Source: a virus. From it: a DNA stretch of 64,000 bases. A model generated the notes under the pieces. That model saw only the letters and a list, made by a program, of their open reading frames with translations, made no database searches and was not told the DNA's origin. This document shows positions 39,506-49,119 of this stretch, one piece after another; the first letter of the stretch is position 1; every line of letters begins with the position of its first letter. The DNA is taken from the IMG/VR virus record IMGVR_UViG_3300021092_000008; one strand, given 5' to 3'. A program made the translations under genes and the position numbers.

Positions 39506-40609
39506 ATGTCCCGAAAATCCAATATTGATCAAGCTGTTCTCATTGAGTTTCTGTCTCAAAATTATGGTGATGAGTTTGGCAGCAACGCTGTGATTGCTGC
39601 TTCTGATCACTTTGGTGTTTCCTACCCTACCCTCACCAAACGTATTGACAAATACAAAGTTGGTCATGGTCGTTGGAATCTGACCGTAAAAGAACTCGAA
39701 ACCGTTTACGCTGCTCCTTCTGCTGCTCCTGCTGTAGAAGTTCAGCAATCAGTCGTTCAATCTCTCGTTCCTATTAAAGATGATAACTTCATCAGCTTTG
39801 GTAATTTCAGTGATCTTAAGAAGATTCTTTCTTCTAGCATTTTTTATCCTGTGTTCATCACTGGTCTCTCTGGTAACGGTAAGACTTTTAGTGTTGAACA
39901 AGCTTGTGCTCAACTGAAGCGTGAACTGATTCGTGTCAACATCACAATTGAAACTGATGAGGATGATCTCATCGGGGGATTCCGTCTTGTCAATGGTGAT
40001 ACTGTGTGGCACAACGGTCCCGTGATTGAAGCACTTGAACGAGGTGCTGTTCTTTTGCTTGATGAGATTGACCTTGCTTCTAACAAGATCATGTGTCTTC
40101 AATCTATTCTTGAAGGTAAAGGTGTCTTCCTCAAAAAGATTGGTAAGTATGTGAAGCCCGCTGCTGGTTTCAACGTGATCGCTACTGCCAACACTAAAGG
40201 TAAGGGTTCAGATGACGGACGTTTCATCGGCACCAACGTGCTGAACGAAGCATTTCTTGAGCGTTTCGCTCTCACCTTTGAGCAAGAGTATCCCACTCAA
40301 AAAACTGAGCAGAAAATTCTTGAAAAGATGATGGAATCTTTAGGTCAGAATGATTTTGAGTTCTGTGAGAAACTGTCCCAATGGTCTGATATTATTCGTA
40401 AGACCTTTAAGGATGGTGGTATCGATGAAGTAATTTCTACTCGTCGCCTGGTTCACATCATTCGTGCCTTTAGTATTTTTGGCAAACGTATGAAAGCAAT
40501 TGAAGTTTGTGTCAATCGCTTTGATGATGAAACTAAAACAGTGTTCATTGAACTGTATGATAAAATTGACGCTAATGCTCAGGAAATCAATGAAAAATAT
40601 CCGTTCTGA
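39506..40609 (+). CDS. cobS: CobS-like MoxR-family AAA+ ATPase
   Basis: GLSGNGKT, LLLDEID, ATANTKGKG, NEAFLERF, ISTRRL motifs; conserved in T4-like cyanophages. Confidence 0.9.
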   Translation: MSRKSNIDQAVLIEFLSQNYGDEFGSNAVIAASDHFGVSYPTLTKRIDKYKVGHGRWNLTVKELETVYAAPSAAPAVEVQQSVVQSLVPIKDDNFISFGNFSDLKKILSSSIFYPVFITGLSGNGKTFSVEQACAQLKRELIRVNITIETDEDDLIGGFRLVNGDTVWHNGPVIEALERGAVLLLDEIDLASNKIMCLQSILEGKGVFLKKIGKYVKPAAGFNVIATANTKGKGSDDGRFIGTNVLNEAFLERFALTFEQEYPTQKTEQKILEKMMESLGQNDFEFCEKLSQWSDIIRKTFKDGGIDEVISTRRLVHIIRAFSIFGKRMKAIEVCVNRFDDETKTVFIELYDKIDANAQEINEKYPF

Positions 40610-40763
40610 ATTTCACGGATATGTTGGACATCTTGCCGTCCTCAAAGATGGCAGGACTGTTCGGATCCTGGGAGGTCACAATTCTAAATTATTTGTAAAA
40701 CATCTTGACGGCACGATAGAAGAGTGCTATCATGATAATCTAGATTATATTACCGAGGCTTAA
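40590..40763 (+). CDS. Hypothetical protein (57 aa)
   Basis: ATG at 40590 with AGGA RBS (MKNIRSEFHGYVG...); fills the gap after cobS. Confidence 0.6.
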   Translation: MKNIRSEFHGYVGHLAVLKDGRTVRILGGHNSKLFVKHLDGTIEECYHDNLDYITEA

Positions 40764-40764
40764 A

Positions 40765-41043
40765 ATGGCTAACAAACCCCAAACTGAAGTTGTGCTTAAA
40801 TTTGGCACAATTAAAACAAATTATTTGCTTGACGGATTGGCTTCTTTGCTGAATGATCATGAGCATAAAATTTTTATGATGAAAGATACAAATTATACAA
40901 TCTATAAAAATTTGTATGATGAAATTAACACCGCTCTTGTTAAGGCACAAAAAGGTTCTGGTTATAGTAAGAGAGGAGTAAAACGAGAATTTGTTGATCC
41001 AGAACGCAGGAATTATCTCCTTCAACAAGAACAAAATTATTGA
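40765..41043 (+). CDS. Hypothetical protein
   Basis: 92 aa ORF with GAGG RBS, tightly packed between its neighbours. Confidence 0.65.
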   Translation: MANKPQTEVVLKFGTIKTNYLLDGLASLLNDHEHKIFMMKDTNYTIYKNLYDEINTALVKAQKGSGYSKRGVKREFVDPERRNYLLQQEQNY

Positions 41044-41053
41044 GAATTAAATC

Positions 41054-41362
41054 ATGCAATGGAAATACAATGAGGATAAGATCCTCAAAGATGTTGAAGA
41101 CTATGTAGTTAGCACTTATGGTAGTCACTACTGTGGTCATGATGATGAGTACAGTGATATTCAAACTATCGATTTGATGGCTGCTAAAGATCTTGCTCCT
41201 GGTTTTTGTCAGGCAAACATTCTTAAGTATGGCAGTCGTTACGGCGATAAAGAAGGTCGTAACAAACGAGATCTTTTGAAAGTGATACATTACGCTATGC
41301 TGTTGCTTCACTTTGATCGCCATTATTCTCGTACTAACAACGGTCTACAGGAGTTTAAATGA
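41054..41362 (+). CDS. DUF3310-like protein (putative nucleotide kinase family)
   Basis: TYGSHY, GFCQANILKYGSRYG.K.G....DLLK..HY motifs. Confidence 0.75.
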   Translation: MQWKYNEDKILKDVEDYVVSTYGSHYCGHDDEYSDIQTIDLMAAKDLAPGFCQANILKYGSRYGDKEGRNKRDLLKVIHYAMLLLHFDRHYSRTNNGLQEFK

Positions 41363-42033
41363 GTAACGTTACAATTTCCCAGCAAACAATGGTGGTTCTG
41401 AAGAACTTCTCCACCATCAATGGTTCTATTCTTATTCGAGAAGGAAACATGCTGAAGACTATTAGCCTTGGTGAAAATCTTATTGCTCAGTATACCTGTC
41501 CTGAAGATTTCCCATTGACTTTTGGTGTCTATGATCTCAGTCAGTTTCTGCTGGGTCTTAGTTTGTTTAACGGATTAAGACCTGTTCTCAATTTTAATAG
41601 TAAAGATTATGTAACTATTTCTGGTGGTAATCGTAGTGCTAAGTATTACTTCAGTGATCCTGAGATTACTTTGAAGACTGCTCCAGAAAGGAATGTAAAC
41701 TTCCCCGAATCTGATATTGAGTTTACTTTGACCGCTGATGATATCGAGCGGCTCCAGAAAGCATCTGGTGTTTATAATCTAGAAGATCTTTCTTTTGTTT
41801 CTACTGACGAGGGTGGTATTACTCTCAGTTTGTGTAATAAAGAAAACGATACTAGTAACGTTTACACTCAAACAGTAAAAGGTACAACTACGGGAGCACA
41901 TGAATTGTTCCTTAAAGTTGAGAATCTTAAGTTGCTTCCTGGGGACTATAATGTTAAACTCTCTAGTAAGTTGATTACTGAATGGAAACATCAACAACTT
42001 GATCTCGTTTATTATATTGCTCTTGAACCTTGA
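41359..42033 (+). CDS. gp45: Sliding clamp gp45
   Basis: LKNFSTIN, FGVYDL..FL, ENLKLLPGDY, YYIALEP motifs. Confidence 0.96.
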   Translation: MSNVTISQQTMVVLKNFSTINGSILIREGNMLKTISLGENLIAQYTCPEDFPLTFGVYDLSQFLLGLSLFNGLRPVLNFNSKDYVTISGGNRSAKYYFSDPEITLKTAPERNVNFPESDIEFTLTADDIERLQKASGVYNLEDLSFVSTDEGGITLSLCNKENDTSNVYTQTVKGTTTGAHELFLKVENLKLLPGDYNVKLSSKLITEWKHQQLDLVYYIALEP

Positions 42034-42977
42034 TGAATAAGAAATTTTTGTGGGTGGAAGAATATCGTCCTCATACAATTGATGACTGTATTCTTCCAGT
42101 GAATATTAAAAACGTATTTAAAGGATTTATCGAACAGAAAGAGATCCCTAACCTTTTACTTACTGGTAGTGCTGGTGTCGGAAAGACCACAGTTGCCAAA
42201 GCCCTATGTGATGAGATTGGAGCTTCCTACATTGTTGTTAACGGTTCGGACGAGGGGAGGTTCCTCGATACGGTCAGGAACAGGGTCAGGCAGTTTGCTA
42301 CAACCGTCTCATTGACTGCTGGTGCCGCCCACAAGGTCGTCATCATTGATGAGGCGGATAACACCACTAGCGATGTTCAACTGTCCCTCAGGACCGCTGT
42401 AGAAGAGTTTCACGGCAACTGTCGTTTTATCTTTACTTGTAACTTCCCCAATAAAATTATCGATCCTCTACACTCACGTTGTACTGTGGTTGATTTTAAA
42501 ATCAATAAGGAAGAAGAAGATAAACTTCAAGCTAAGTTTTTCATTCGCTTAAAAAATATTCTTGATTCTAATTTGGTTGAGTATGATGATAAAGTTTTGA
42601 TCAAACTTATCAAACGATACTATCCAGATTGGCGTCGTCTTCTTAATGAAACTCAACGCCATGCTGCTACAGGTAAAATTGACAGTGTAATTCTTGTAGA
42701 TATTTCTGATGTTAATCTTGATGATCTAATTCGTTCCGTCAAGAACAAAGAGTTTACGGTTGTCAAAAAATGGGTTGTAGAAAATATCAATAATGATCCT
42801 TCTTATATTATGAGAAAGATCTATGATAATTTGTATGACCATCTAAAATCATCTTCTATTCCAGAAGCTGTACTTATTATTGCCAAGTACATGAGAGATA
42901 TTCAGATTGTACCTGATCAAGAAATTAATCTTCTTGCTTGCCTTACCGAAATTATGATGAGTTGTGAATTCAAATGA
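42033..42977 (+). CDS. gp44: Clamp loader large subunit gp44
   Basis: LWVEEYRP, GSAGVGKTT, IIDEAD, PLHSRC motifs; TGATG overlap with gp45. Confidence 0.97.
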   Translation: MNKKFLWVEEYRPHTIDDCILPVNIKNVFKGFIEQKEIPNLLLTGSAGVGKTTVAKALCDEIGASYIVVNGSDEGRFLDTVRNRVRQFATTVSLTAGAAHKVVIIDEADNTTSDVQLSLRTAVEEFHGNCRFIFTCNFPNKIIDPLHSRCTVVDFKINKEEEDKLQAKFFIRLKNILDSNLVEYDDKVLIKLIKRYYPDWRRLLNETQRHAATGKIDSVILVDISDVNLDDLIRSVKNKEFTVVKKWVVENINNDPSYIMRKIYDNLYDHLKSSSIPEAVLIIAKYMRDIQIVPDQEINLLACLTEIMMSCEFK

Positions 42978-43144
42978 GAGTAAAAACCACACCACAAAAT
43001 GTATTGGAAGCAAACCTCGGTTTGTTTTGTGCTAAAATGAACTTGCCCGCTGCTGCAGCCCACTGTGGCATGACACACAAAGAAATGAAATTAACATTTC
43101 GTGAATTTTTGAAGTATCACCCAGCTAATTATGAAATCTCTTAA
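42974..43144 (+). CDS. Small hypothetical protein (56 aa, not in the ORF track)
   Basis: MRVKTTPQNVLEANLGLFCAKMNLPAAAAHCGMTHKEMKLTFREFLKYHPANYEIS; ATGA overlap with the gp44 stop; fills the gap. Confidence 0.7.
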   Translation: MRVKTTPQNVLEANLGLFCAKMNLPAAAAHCGMTHKEMKLTFREFLKYHPANYEIS

Positions 43145-43958
43145 GACTCCTCTTCGTTATCCTGGTGGGAAATCCCGAGCAGTATCAAAACTATTTCAAT
43201 ATATTCCTGATCTGAAGACCTTTGATGAATACCGAGAACTATTTCTTGGTGGTGGTTCTGTAGCACTTGAAGTTGCCAAGCGATATCCTTTCTTGGATAT
43301 CTGGGTGAATGATCTATACAATCCTCTGTATACCTTCTGGTGTATTCTTCGTGATGAACCAAAGGAACTGTATGAATGTATCAAAGGATATAAAGAAGAC
43401 TACGGCACTCCTGAGCTTGCCAGAGAACTCTTCAATTTGATGAAGGATCATCTCAATCATCCAGAAGCAGAAGATTTCTATCGTGCTGTAGCATTCTACA
43501 TTATCAATAAATGTAGTTTCTCTGGTCTGACTGAAAGTTCTTCTTTCTCACCACAAGCAAGTATCAATAATTTTTCTATGAATAATATTGAAAAACTTCC
43601 TGGGTATGGTGAGATTATCAAAGACTGGAAGATTACTAACCATTCGTATGAAAAACTATTGACCGATGATATGGGTGTATTTGTGTATCTGGATCCTCCT
43701 TATGACATTAAGGATAATCTCTATGGGCGTAAAGGATCAATGCACAAAGGATTTGATCACGATAAGTTTGCTATTGATTGTGACAGGCACCTTTGTTCTC
43801 AACTGGTCTCATACAACAATTCCAATCTCGTGAAGGAACGTTTTAAAGAGTGGACAGTTGGTGAATTCTCACACACTTACACCATGAGGTCCACGGGGTC
43901 CTATAATACAGATCAAGCAAGTCGGCACGAACTGGTGCTGTTTAATTATGAAGTGTAA
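43131..43958 (+). CDS. dam: DNA adenine methyltransferase (Dam-like)
   Basis: LRYPGGKS, FLGGGSV and DPPY motifs. Confidence 0.93.
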   Translation: MKSLKTPLRYPGGKSRAVSKLFQYIPDLKTFDEYRELFLGGGSVALEVAKRYPFLDIWVNDLYNPLYTFWCILRDEPKELYECIKGYKEDYGTPELARELFNLMKDHLNHPEAEDFYRAVAFYIINKCSFSGLTESSSFSPQASINNFSMNNIEKLPGYGEIIKDWKITNHSYEKLLTDDMGVFVYLDPPYDIKDNLYGRKGSMHKGFDHDKFAIDCDRHLCSQLVSYNNSNLVKERFKEWTVGEFSHTYTMRSTGSYNTDQASRHELVLFNYEV

Positions 43959-44088
43959 AGTTCAACTGTATGTTGGTGGCAAAGTCTTTGACGAAATTGT
44001 TGAAGCAGTTAATTACCAAGATGCCAAGCAAACTGCTCTGGCACGAAATCCTAAAGCAAAAGTTGTTAGTGTAACCTCTGTTCTATGA
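43948..44088 (+). CDS. Small hypothetical protein (46 aa, not in the ORF track)
   Basis: MKCKVQLYVGGKVFDEIVEAVNYQDAKQTALARNPKAKVVSVTSVL; overlaps both neighbours and fills the gap. Confidence 0.7.
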   Translation: MKCKVQLYVGGKVFDEIVEAVNYQDAKQTALARNPKAKVVSVTSVL

Positions 44089-44471
44089 AGCATGAATTAA
44101 AAGACTATCTTTATACAATTAACCAATCAAAACAAAATCTTTTAGAAGAAGATCCTGAGGCAGAAAAAGATTATCCACCTTTTATTGTCAATAAATGTTT
44201 GGCATCATTTACTGATACTATTTTGTATGCCAATGAAATGAATAAAAATTGTCATCTTCCTAAAAAATTACAATACGATTTTTTTATAAATAGTTTGAAA
44301 CCGAGGAAAAGATTTTCTCCTTGGATCAAAAAACAAACTCTTGAGCATCTTGAATTGGTGAAGGAGTATTATGGTTACAGTCATAATAAAGCTCTAGAAG
44401 CATTGAGGATTCTTAGGACCGATCAACTTGATTTTATAAAAAAATCGTTAGACAAAGGTGGAACTAAATGA
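44085..44471 (+). CDS. gp62: Clamp loader small subunit gp62
   Basis: YPPFIVN, ANEMN, QYDFFINS, KRFSPW, EYYGYS..KA motifs. Confidence 0.95.
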   Translation: MKHELKDYLYTINQSKQNLLEEDPEAEKDYPPFIVNKCLASFTDTILYANEMNKNCHLPKKLQYDFFINSLKPRKRFSPWIKKQTLEHLELVKEYYGYSHNKALEALRILRTDQLDFIKKSLDKGGTK

Positions 44472-44890
44472 CAACTGATATTGAAATACAATGGCAACAA
44501 TCTGATATGGTTGAAGTTGCTTTAGGACAACCAGATGATTTTCTGAAAGTCCGTGAGACTCTAACTAGAATCGGTGTCGCTTCTAGAAAGGAACGAAAGA
44601 TTTATCAATCTTGTCACATCCTTCATAAACAAGGTAAGTATTATATTGTTCATTTCAAGGAACTGTTTGCCCTTGATGGAAAGAAAACAAATCTTTCATT
44701 GAATGATTTACAGCGTAGAAATCGAATCATTCAACTTCTTTCTGATTGGGGTCTTGTTACTGTAGTTAATCCAACTAGTATTGAAGATGTTGCTCCTTTA
44801 AACCAAATTAAAGTTTTATCTTTCAAAGATAAAGATGAATGGACTTTAGAAAGCAAATATAATATTGGACGGAAAAAGCAAGAAGTATAA
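44468..44890 (+). CDS. regA: Translational repressor RegA
   Basis: DDFLKVRETLTRIG and QSCHILHKQGKYYIVHFKELF motifs. Confidence 0.97.
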   Translation: MTTDIEIQWQQSDMVEVALGQPDDFLKVRETLTRIGVASRKERKIYQSCHILHKQGKYYIVHFKELFALDGKKTNLSLNDLQRRNRIIQLLSDWGLVTVVNPTSIEDVAPLNQIKVLSFKDKDEWTLESKYNIGRKKQEV

Positions 44891-44955
44891 ACCGAACAGT
44901 AAATGTATGGTTATCAGTACGTTTCTTTTTTAAGCGTGTTACTATATAATAGTAA

Positions 44956-45010
44956 GAGATGCCTTCGGGATCTCACTTAAACACTCGCTTATTCAAGGAG
45001 CAATCAAATG
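44956..45010 (+). promoter_or_regulatory. Structured hsp20 5' UTR, ROSE-like RNA thermometer candidate
   Basis: Hairpin GAGATGCC-TTCG-GGATCTC, then CTC(G)CTT-ATTC-AAGGAG sequestering the Shine-Dalgarno with a bulged G. Confidence 0.6.
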
Positions 45011-45493
45011 ACAAATACATATACCTGGGATGTTTATACTCCCTTTGGTGTAGGGTTAGAAAATATTTTTAATAGGCTTGATGCTATGTCAGGTCATAAC
45101 ACTAGTTACCCACCATATAACATTATCAAAAACGATGAATCTAATTACGAAATTGAAGTTGCTTTGGCAGGATTCAAATCAGAAGAGATTGAAGTCTCTA
45201 CAGAACAAAACATTCTCCGAGTTACCTCGAAGGTTTCGAAACGAGATACTGAACGAACTTACTTACACAAAGGTCTCTCCAAACGTTCCTTCTTTCACAG
45301 TTGGCAACTTGCCGACGACGTAAGAGTATCTTCTGTTGATTTTGCTGATGGTCTGTTGGTAGTATCTTTAGAAAAAATTATTCCAGAGCATCAAAAGAAA
45401 ACGGTATATAAAATTAGTAATGTAGAATTACCCGTACCAGAGTTCTTGACGGAAGATCGTACTTCAAACTTTCCTGGAGAAAATAATAAATAA
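45008..45493 (+). CDS. hsp20: Small heat shock protein Hsp20
   Basis: YPPYNI, EVALAGF, YLHKGLSKRSF, DGLL.V.L.KIIPE motifs. Confidence 0.96.
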   Translation: MTNTYTWDVYTPFGVGLENIFNRLDAMSGHNTSYPPYNIIKNDESNYEIEVALAGFKSEEIEVSTEQNILRVTSKVSKRDTERTYLHKGLSKRSFFHSWQLADDVRVSSVDFADGLLVVSLEKIIPEHQKKTVYKISNVELPVPEFLTEDRTSNFPGENNK

Positions 45494-45510
45494 TTAAGTA
45501 TCGTCGGCGC

Positions 45511-45553
45511 GGGAGTTCCCTTGGCAAATATCAAGGGGGGCTCCCATTTTTTT
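45511..45553 (+). terminator. Long hairpin / intrinsic terminator after hsp20
   Basis: GGGAG-TTCCCTTG-GCAAATAT-CAAGGGGGG-CTCCC followed by A and a T run. Confidence 0.75.
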
Positions 45554-45559
45554 ATTATG

Positions 45560-45568
45560 TGGTATAAT
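45560..45568 (+). promoter_or_regulatory. Extended -10 promoter (TGGTATAAT)
   Basis: TGn-TATAAT about 22 nt before the ATG at 45591. Confidence 0.7.
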
Positions 45569-45590
45569 GTAATTACTGAACTATAAACTT

Positions 45591-45950
45591 ATGAAGGAAG
45601 AGATAAAAATAGTGATGTTTAAAAATGGGCATCACATTATTTCCAAAATAAATGAATTGTATGTTGAAGGGAGAGAAGATCCAATTTGTTTTCTTTTAAC
45701 AGCACCTTTAATAATCACATACAAATCACCAAACGAAGGTGAGTTAGAATTGTCATTTACTTTATGGTCACCATTTTCAAAAAGTGTAGAATTTAGAATA
45801 CCATTTGATCATGTTTTAAGTGTGGGCGAACCTAAAGAAGATATTTTAGAAAAATATCTTGAGATAGCAGCACCTTTAATTGAAAAATTAGAAGAACTAA
45901 AACAAGAGCAACAACAAAATACAAATATTGAAACGGAGGAAAATTCATGA
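45591..45950 (+). CDS. Hypothetical protein, Sm-like paralogue 1
   Basis: KIVMFKNG..IIS...P...W.PF....EFRIPFD.V.S.GEP pattern. Confidence 0.75.
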   Translation: MKEEIKIVMFKNGHHIISKINELYVEGREDPICFLLTAPLIITYKSPNEGELELSFTLWSPFSKSVEFRIPFDHVLSVGEPKEDILEKYLEIAAPLIEKLEELKQEQQQNTNIETEENS

Positions 45951-46375
45951 GCACATCTATTGTTATTCTGAAAACAGGTGAGAAACTAATTACTGATTTA
46001 CAAGAAGCTTTTAATGGAGATGACGAAAATAGATCTGGCATTTGTCTGATTATGAGACATCCGTATGAGCTTTCTCTTGCTCCAGCGGATGATGATAACG
46101 AACTTGATTTGAAAGTAGAGTTTACTAAGTGGTGTCCATACGCGATAGATGTTGAATTTAGAATTCCATATGATTCTGTAATTTCTATAGGCAAACCTGA
46201 TCCTACTTTAGCAGAGGCTTTTGAAGCTAAGGTACAAAGAATTGAAGAAACTGTGACAGAAGAAACTAGTAATTTTGCTGTACAGCAGCAGGCAATTGCT
46301 GAAGCACTTGCTGAAATGTCGGCAATTCCTCAGGGTAACTATGTTGTGACATCTGCTTCCGAAGAAAATGATTAA
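45947..46375 (+). CDS. Hypothetical protein, Sm-like paralogue 2
   Basis: IVILKTGEKLIT...HPY...W.PY....EFRIPYD.V.S.GKP pattern. Confidence 0.75.
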   Translation: MSTSIVILKTGEKLITDLQEAFNGDDENRSGICLIMRHPYELSLAPADDDNELDLKVEFTKWCPYAIDVEFRIPYDSVISIGKPDPTLAEAFEAKVQRIEETVTEETSNFAVQQQAIAEALAEMSAIPQGNYVVTSASEEND

Positions 46376-46622
46376 GGCAATTAAATTTGACGGTGACTGG
46401 ATCGTTTCAGAAATTGAACAAATTGAGGATGCGCCGTTCGGAGAACCTGATTGTGTGCTAAAATATCCGTATCAAGTGGATGGAGAATGTTTGTCGGCGT
46501 GGCCTAGATACACAGATGAAAGAGAAATCATTGTTAGATCTTCTGAAATAACAGTTATCTGTGATCCAAGAACATTCCTCCTCAGTTCTTATATTAATGT
46601 AGTTGGCGAAGAGAAAGCATGA
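46368..46622 (+). CDS. Hypothetical protein, Sm-like paralogue 3
   Basis: IVSEIEQ...KYPY...WPRYT...ITVICDP pattern. Confidence 0.7.
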   Translation: MIKAIKFDGDWIVSEIEQIEDAPFGEPDCVLKYPYQVDGECLSAWPRYTDEREIIVRSSEITVICDPRTFLLSSYINVVGEEKA

Positions 46623-49111
46623 AATTTTATACCAGTGTTGAACAATCTGGAAATAACATTCTAGTTCGTGGTTATGAAAATGGTAAACAATTTCAAGATA
46701 AAGTACAATTCAACCCCACTCTATTTCTTCCCACATCAAAAGATTCGGAGTGGAAAACTTTAGATGGTAAAAATGTTCGTCCTGTTCAGCAAGGAACAAT
46801 TCGTGATGCAAAACAATTTGTGGAAGAACATAAAGACATTGAAGACTTTGAGATCTGTGGTCAAACTAGATTTCTAAATCAATACATTTTAAATGAATAT
46901 CCTGATGATGAGATTAAATATGATGTAAGTAAAATTAGAATTTTTACTATTGACATCGAGACTGGTGCTGAGAATGGTTTCCCAAACATTGAAACTGCTG
47001 ACCAAGATATTTTGGCTATTAGTATTCAAGATAGCAATACTAATCGTATTACTGTTTTTGGTGCTAAATCATTTAGAAATGAAATGGCGGATGTTGACTA
47101 TCTTCATTTTGAAACTGAGACAGGTCTACTCAAAGGTTTTCTTCACTGGTGGTCTTCTAATTATCCAGACATTATTACAGGATGGAATGTTCAACTATTT
47201 GATATACCGTACATTCTTCGTAGAGTAGAACGTCTTCTTGGCGAGAAAGAAGCACGTATGATTTCCCCATGGAATAATATTCTGTGTCGTGAAATTTATA
47301 TTAAAGGACGTAACCAGATTGCTTATGACATCAGTGGTATTGCTACACTTGATTACCTAGAACTATACAAAAAATTTACATACACTAATCAAGAATCATA
47401 TCGTCTTGATCATATTTGTAATATAGAACTTGGTGCTCAAAAACTGGATCACAGTGAGTTTGATACATTCAAAGAATTTTATACCAAAAATTGGCAGAAG
47501 TTTGTTGAGTATAATATTCATGACGTTCGTCTTGTGAATCAACTTGATGACAAGATGAAGCTACTTGAACTTGCTGTTACTATGGCATATGATGCTAAGG
47601 TCAACTTTGAGGATGTATATTCTCAAGTTAGAATGTGGGATAACATCATTTATGTTTATCTTGCTAAACAAAAAATTACTATCCCACCAAAGAAAGAAAG
47701 CACTAAGGATAACAAATACGCTGGTGCTTATGTCAAAGAACCTATTCCTGGAATGTATGATTGGGTTGTGAGTTTTGACCTTAACAGTCTGTACCCACAT
47801 TTAATCATGCAATATAATCTTTCACCAGAAACTCTTCTTGGGCATAGACATCCTAATGCTACCGTAGATCGTTTATTAAACAAAGAATTAGATCTTCGTG
47901 ATCTTGATGGGCAAACTCTTTGTGCCAATGGTACATTTTATGATACAACTTACCAAGGATTTCTTCCTAAGTTGATGGACAAAATTTACCAAGAACGTAC
48001 CATCTATAAAAAGAAGATGCTTGCTGCCAAGCAGCAGTATGAAAATAATCCTAGTGTTGAATTGAAGAAAGAGATTGCTCGCTGCAATAACATTCAGATG
48101 GCACGTAAGATTCAACTCAACTCTGCCTATGGTGCTATCGGTAACGAGCACTTCCGTTATTACAAACTTGAAATCGCTGAGGCAATCACGCTTTCTGGGC
48201 AGTTGTCAATCCGCTGGATTGGTAATAAAATGAATGCCTATCTCAATAAGATTTTAAAATCAAAGGATATTGATTATGTTATTGCTTCTGATACTGATTC
48301 TATGTATCTTAATCTTGGTCCGTTGGTGGACAAGATATTCGCTGGCAGAGAGAAAACTAGTGAAAGCATTGTTTCTTTCCTTGATAAGATCTGTGAGATG
48401 GAACTTGAGAAGTATATTGAAAGTTCTTACCAGGAATTGGCAGACTACCTCAATGCCTATGAACAGAAAATGAAGATGAAGCGTGAGAACATTGCTGAGC
48501 GTGGTTTCTGGACTGCCAAGAAACGCTATGTTCTTAATGTGTGGGATAGTGAAGGTGTACGATATACCAAACCAAAGATGAAAGTTTGTGGTATGGAAAC
48601 TGCACGTTCTTCAACTCCTGCTTACTTCCGAGATAAACTTACTCAGGCATATACAATTATTATTACCAAATCTAATGATGATATTTTAGATTTTATTGAT
48701 GAAATAAAAAATGACATCAAAAAACAAGACTATTTAAATATTGCTTTTCCCCGAGGTGTAAATGGATTGGAAAAATATAAAAGTGTGGCGACCATATTTG
48801 GAAAGGGATGTCCCATTCAGGTCCGAGGTGCATTATTATATAATCACCTTGTTGGCAAGCTTAAACTTACTCATAAGTATCCTCTTATCCAAGAGGGAGA
48901 GAAAATTAAGTTCCTCTACTTACGAACACCAAATCCGATCCAACAAAATGTAATATCATTTTTCCAAACACTTCCTCCAGAATTTAATCTTGAGAAGTAT
49001 GTGGATTATAAACTTCAATTTGAGAAGTCATTTTACGAACCACTCAAAAATGTGCTAGAATGTATTGGGTGGGATAGCGAGAGAAAGGTCTCTCTTCTTA
49101 GTTTCTTTTAG
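46619..49111 (+). CDS. gp43: Family B DNA polymerase gp43
   Basis: DIET exonuclease, [27 protein letters not shown] motifs; uninterrupted. Confidence 0.99.
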   Translation: MKFYTSVEQSGNNILVRGYENGKQFQDKVQFNPTLFLPTSKDSEWKTLDGKNVRPVQQGTIRDAKQFVEEHKDIEDFEICGQTRFLNQYILNEYPDDEIKYDVSKIRIFTIDIETGAENGFPNIETADQDILAISIQDSNTNRITVFGAKSFRNEMADVDYLHFETETGLLKGFLHWWSSNYPDIITGWNVQLFDIPYILRRVERLLGEKEARMISPWNNILCREIYIKGRNQIAYDISGIATLDYLELYKKFTYTNQESYRLDHICNIELGAQKLDHSEFDTFKEFYTKNWQKFVEYNIHDVRLVNQLDDKMKLLELAVTMAYDAKVNFEDVYSQVRMWDNIIYVYLAKQKITIPPKKESTKDNKYAGAYVKEPIPGMYDWVVSFDLNSLYPHLIMQYNLSPETLLGHRHPNATVDRLLNKELDLRDLDGQTLCANGTFYDTTYQGFLPKLMDKIYQERTIYKKKMLAAKQQYENNPSVELKKEIARCNNIQMARKIQLNSAYGAIGNEHFRYYKLEIAEAITLSGQLSIRWIGNKMNAYLNKILKSKDIDYVIASDTDSMYLNLGPLVDKIFAGREKTSESIVSFLDKICEMELEKYIESSYQELADYLNAYEQKMKMKRENIAERGFWTAKKRYVLNVWDSEGVRYTKPKMKVCGMETARSSTPAYFRDKLTQAYTIIITKSNDDILDFIDEIKNDIKKQDYLNIAFPRGVNGLEKYKSVATIFGKGCPIQVRGALLYNHLVGKLKLTHKYPLIQEGEKIKFLYLRTPNPIQQNVISFFQTLPPEFNLEKYVDYKLQFEKSFYEPLKNVLECIGWDSERKVSLLSFF

Positions 49112-49119
49112 GAGTCTAT

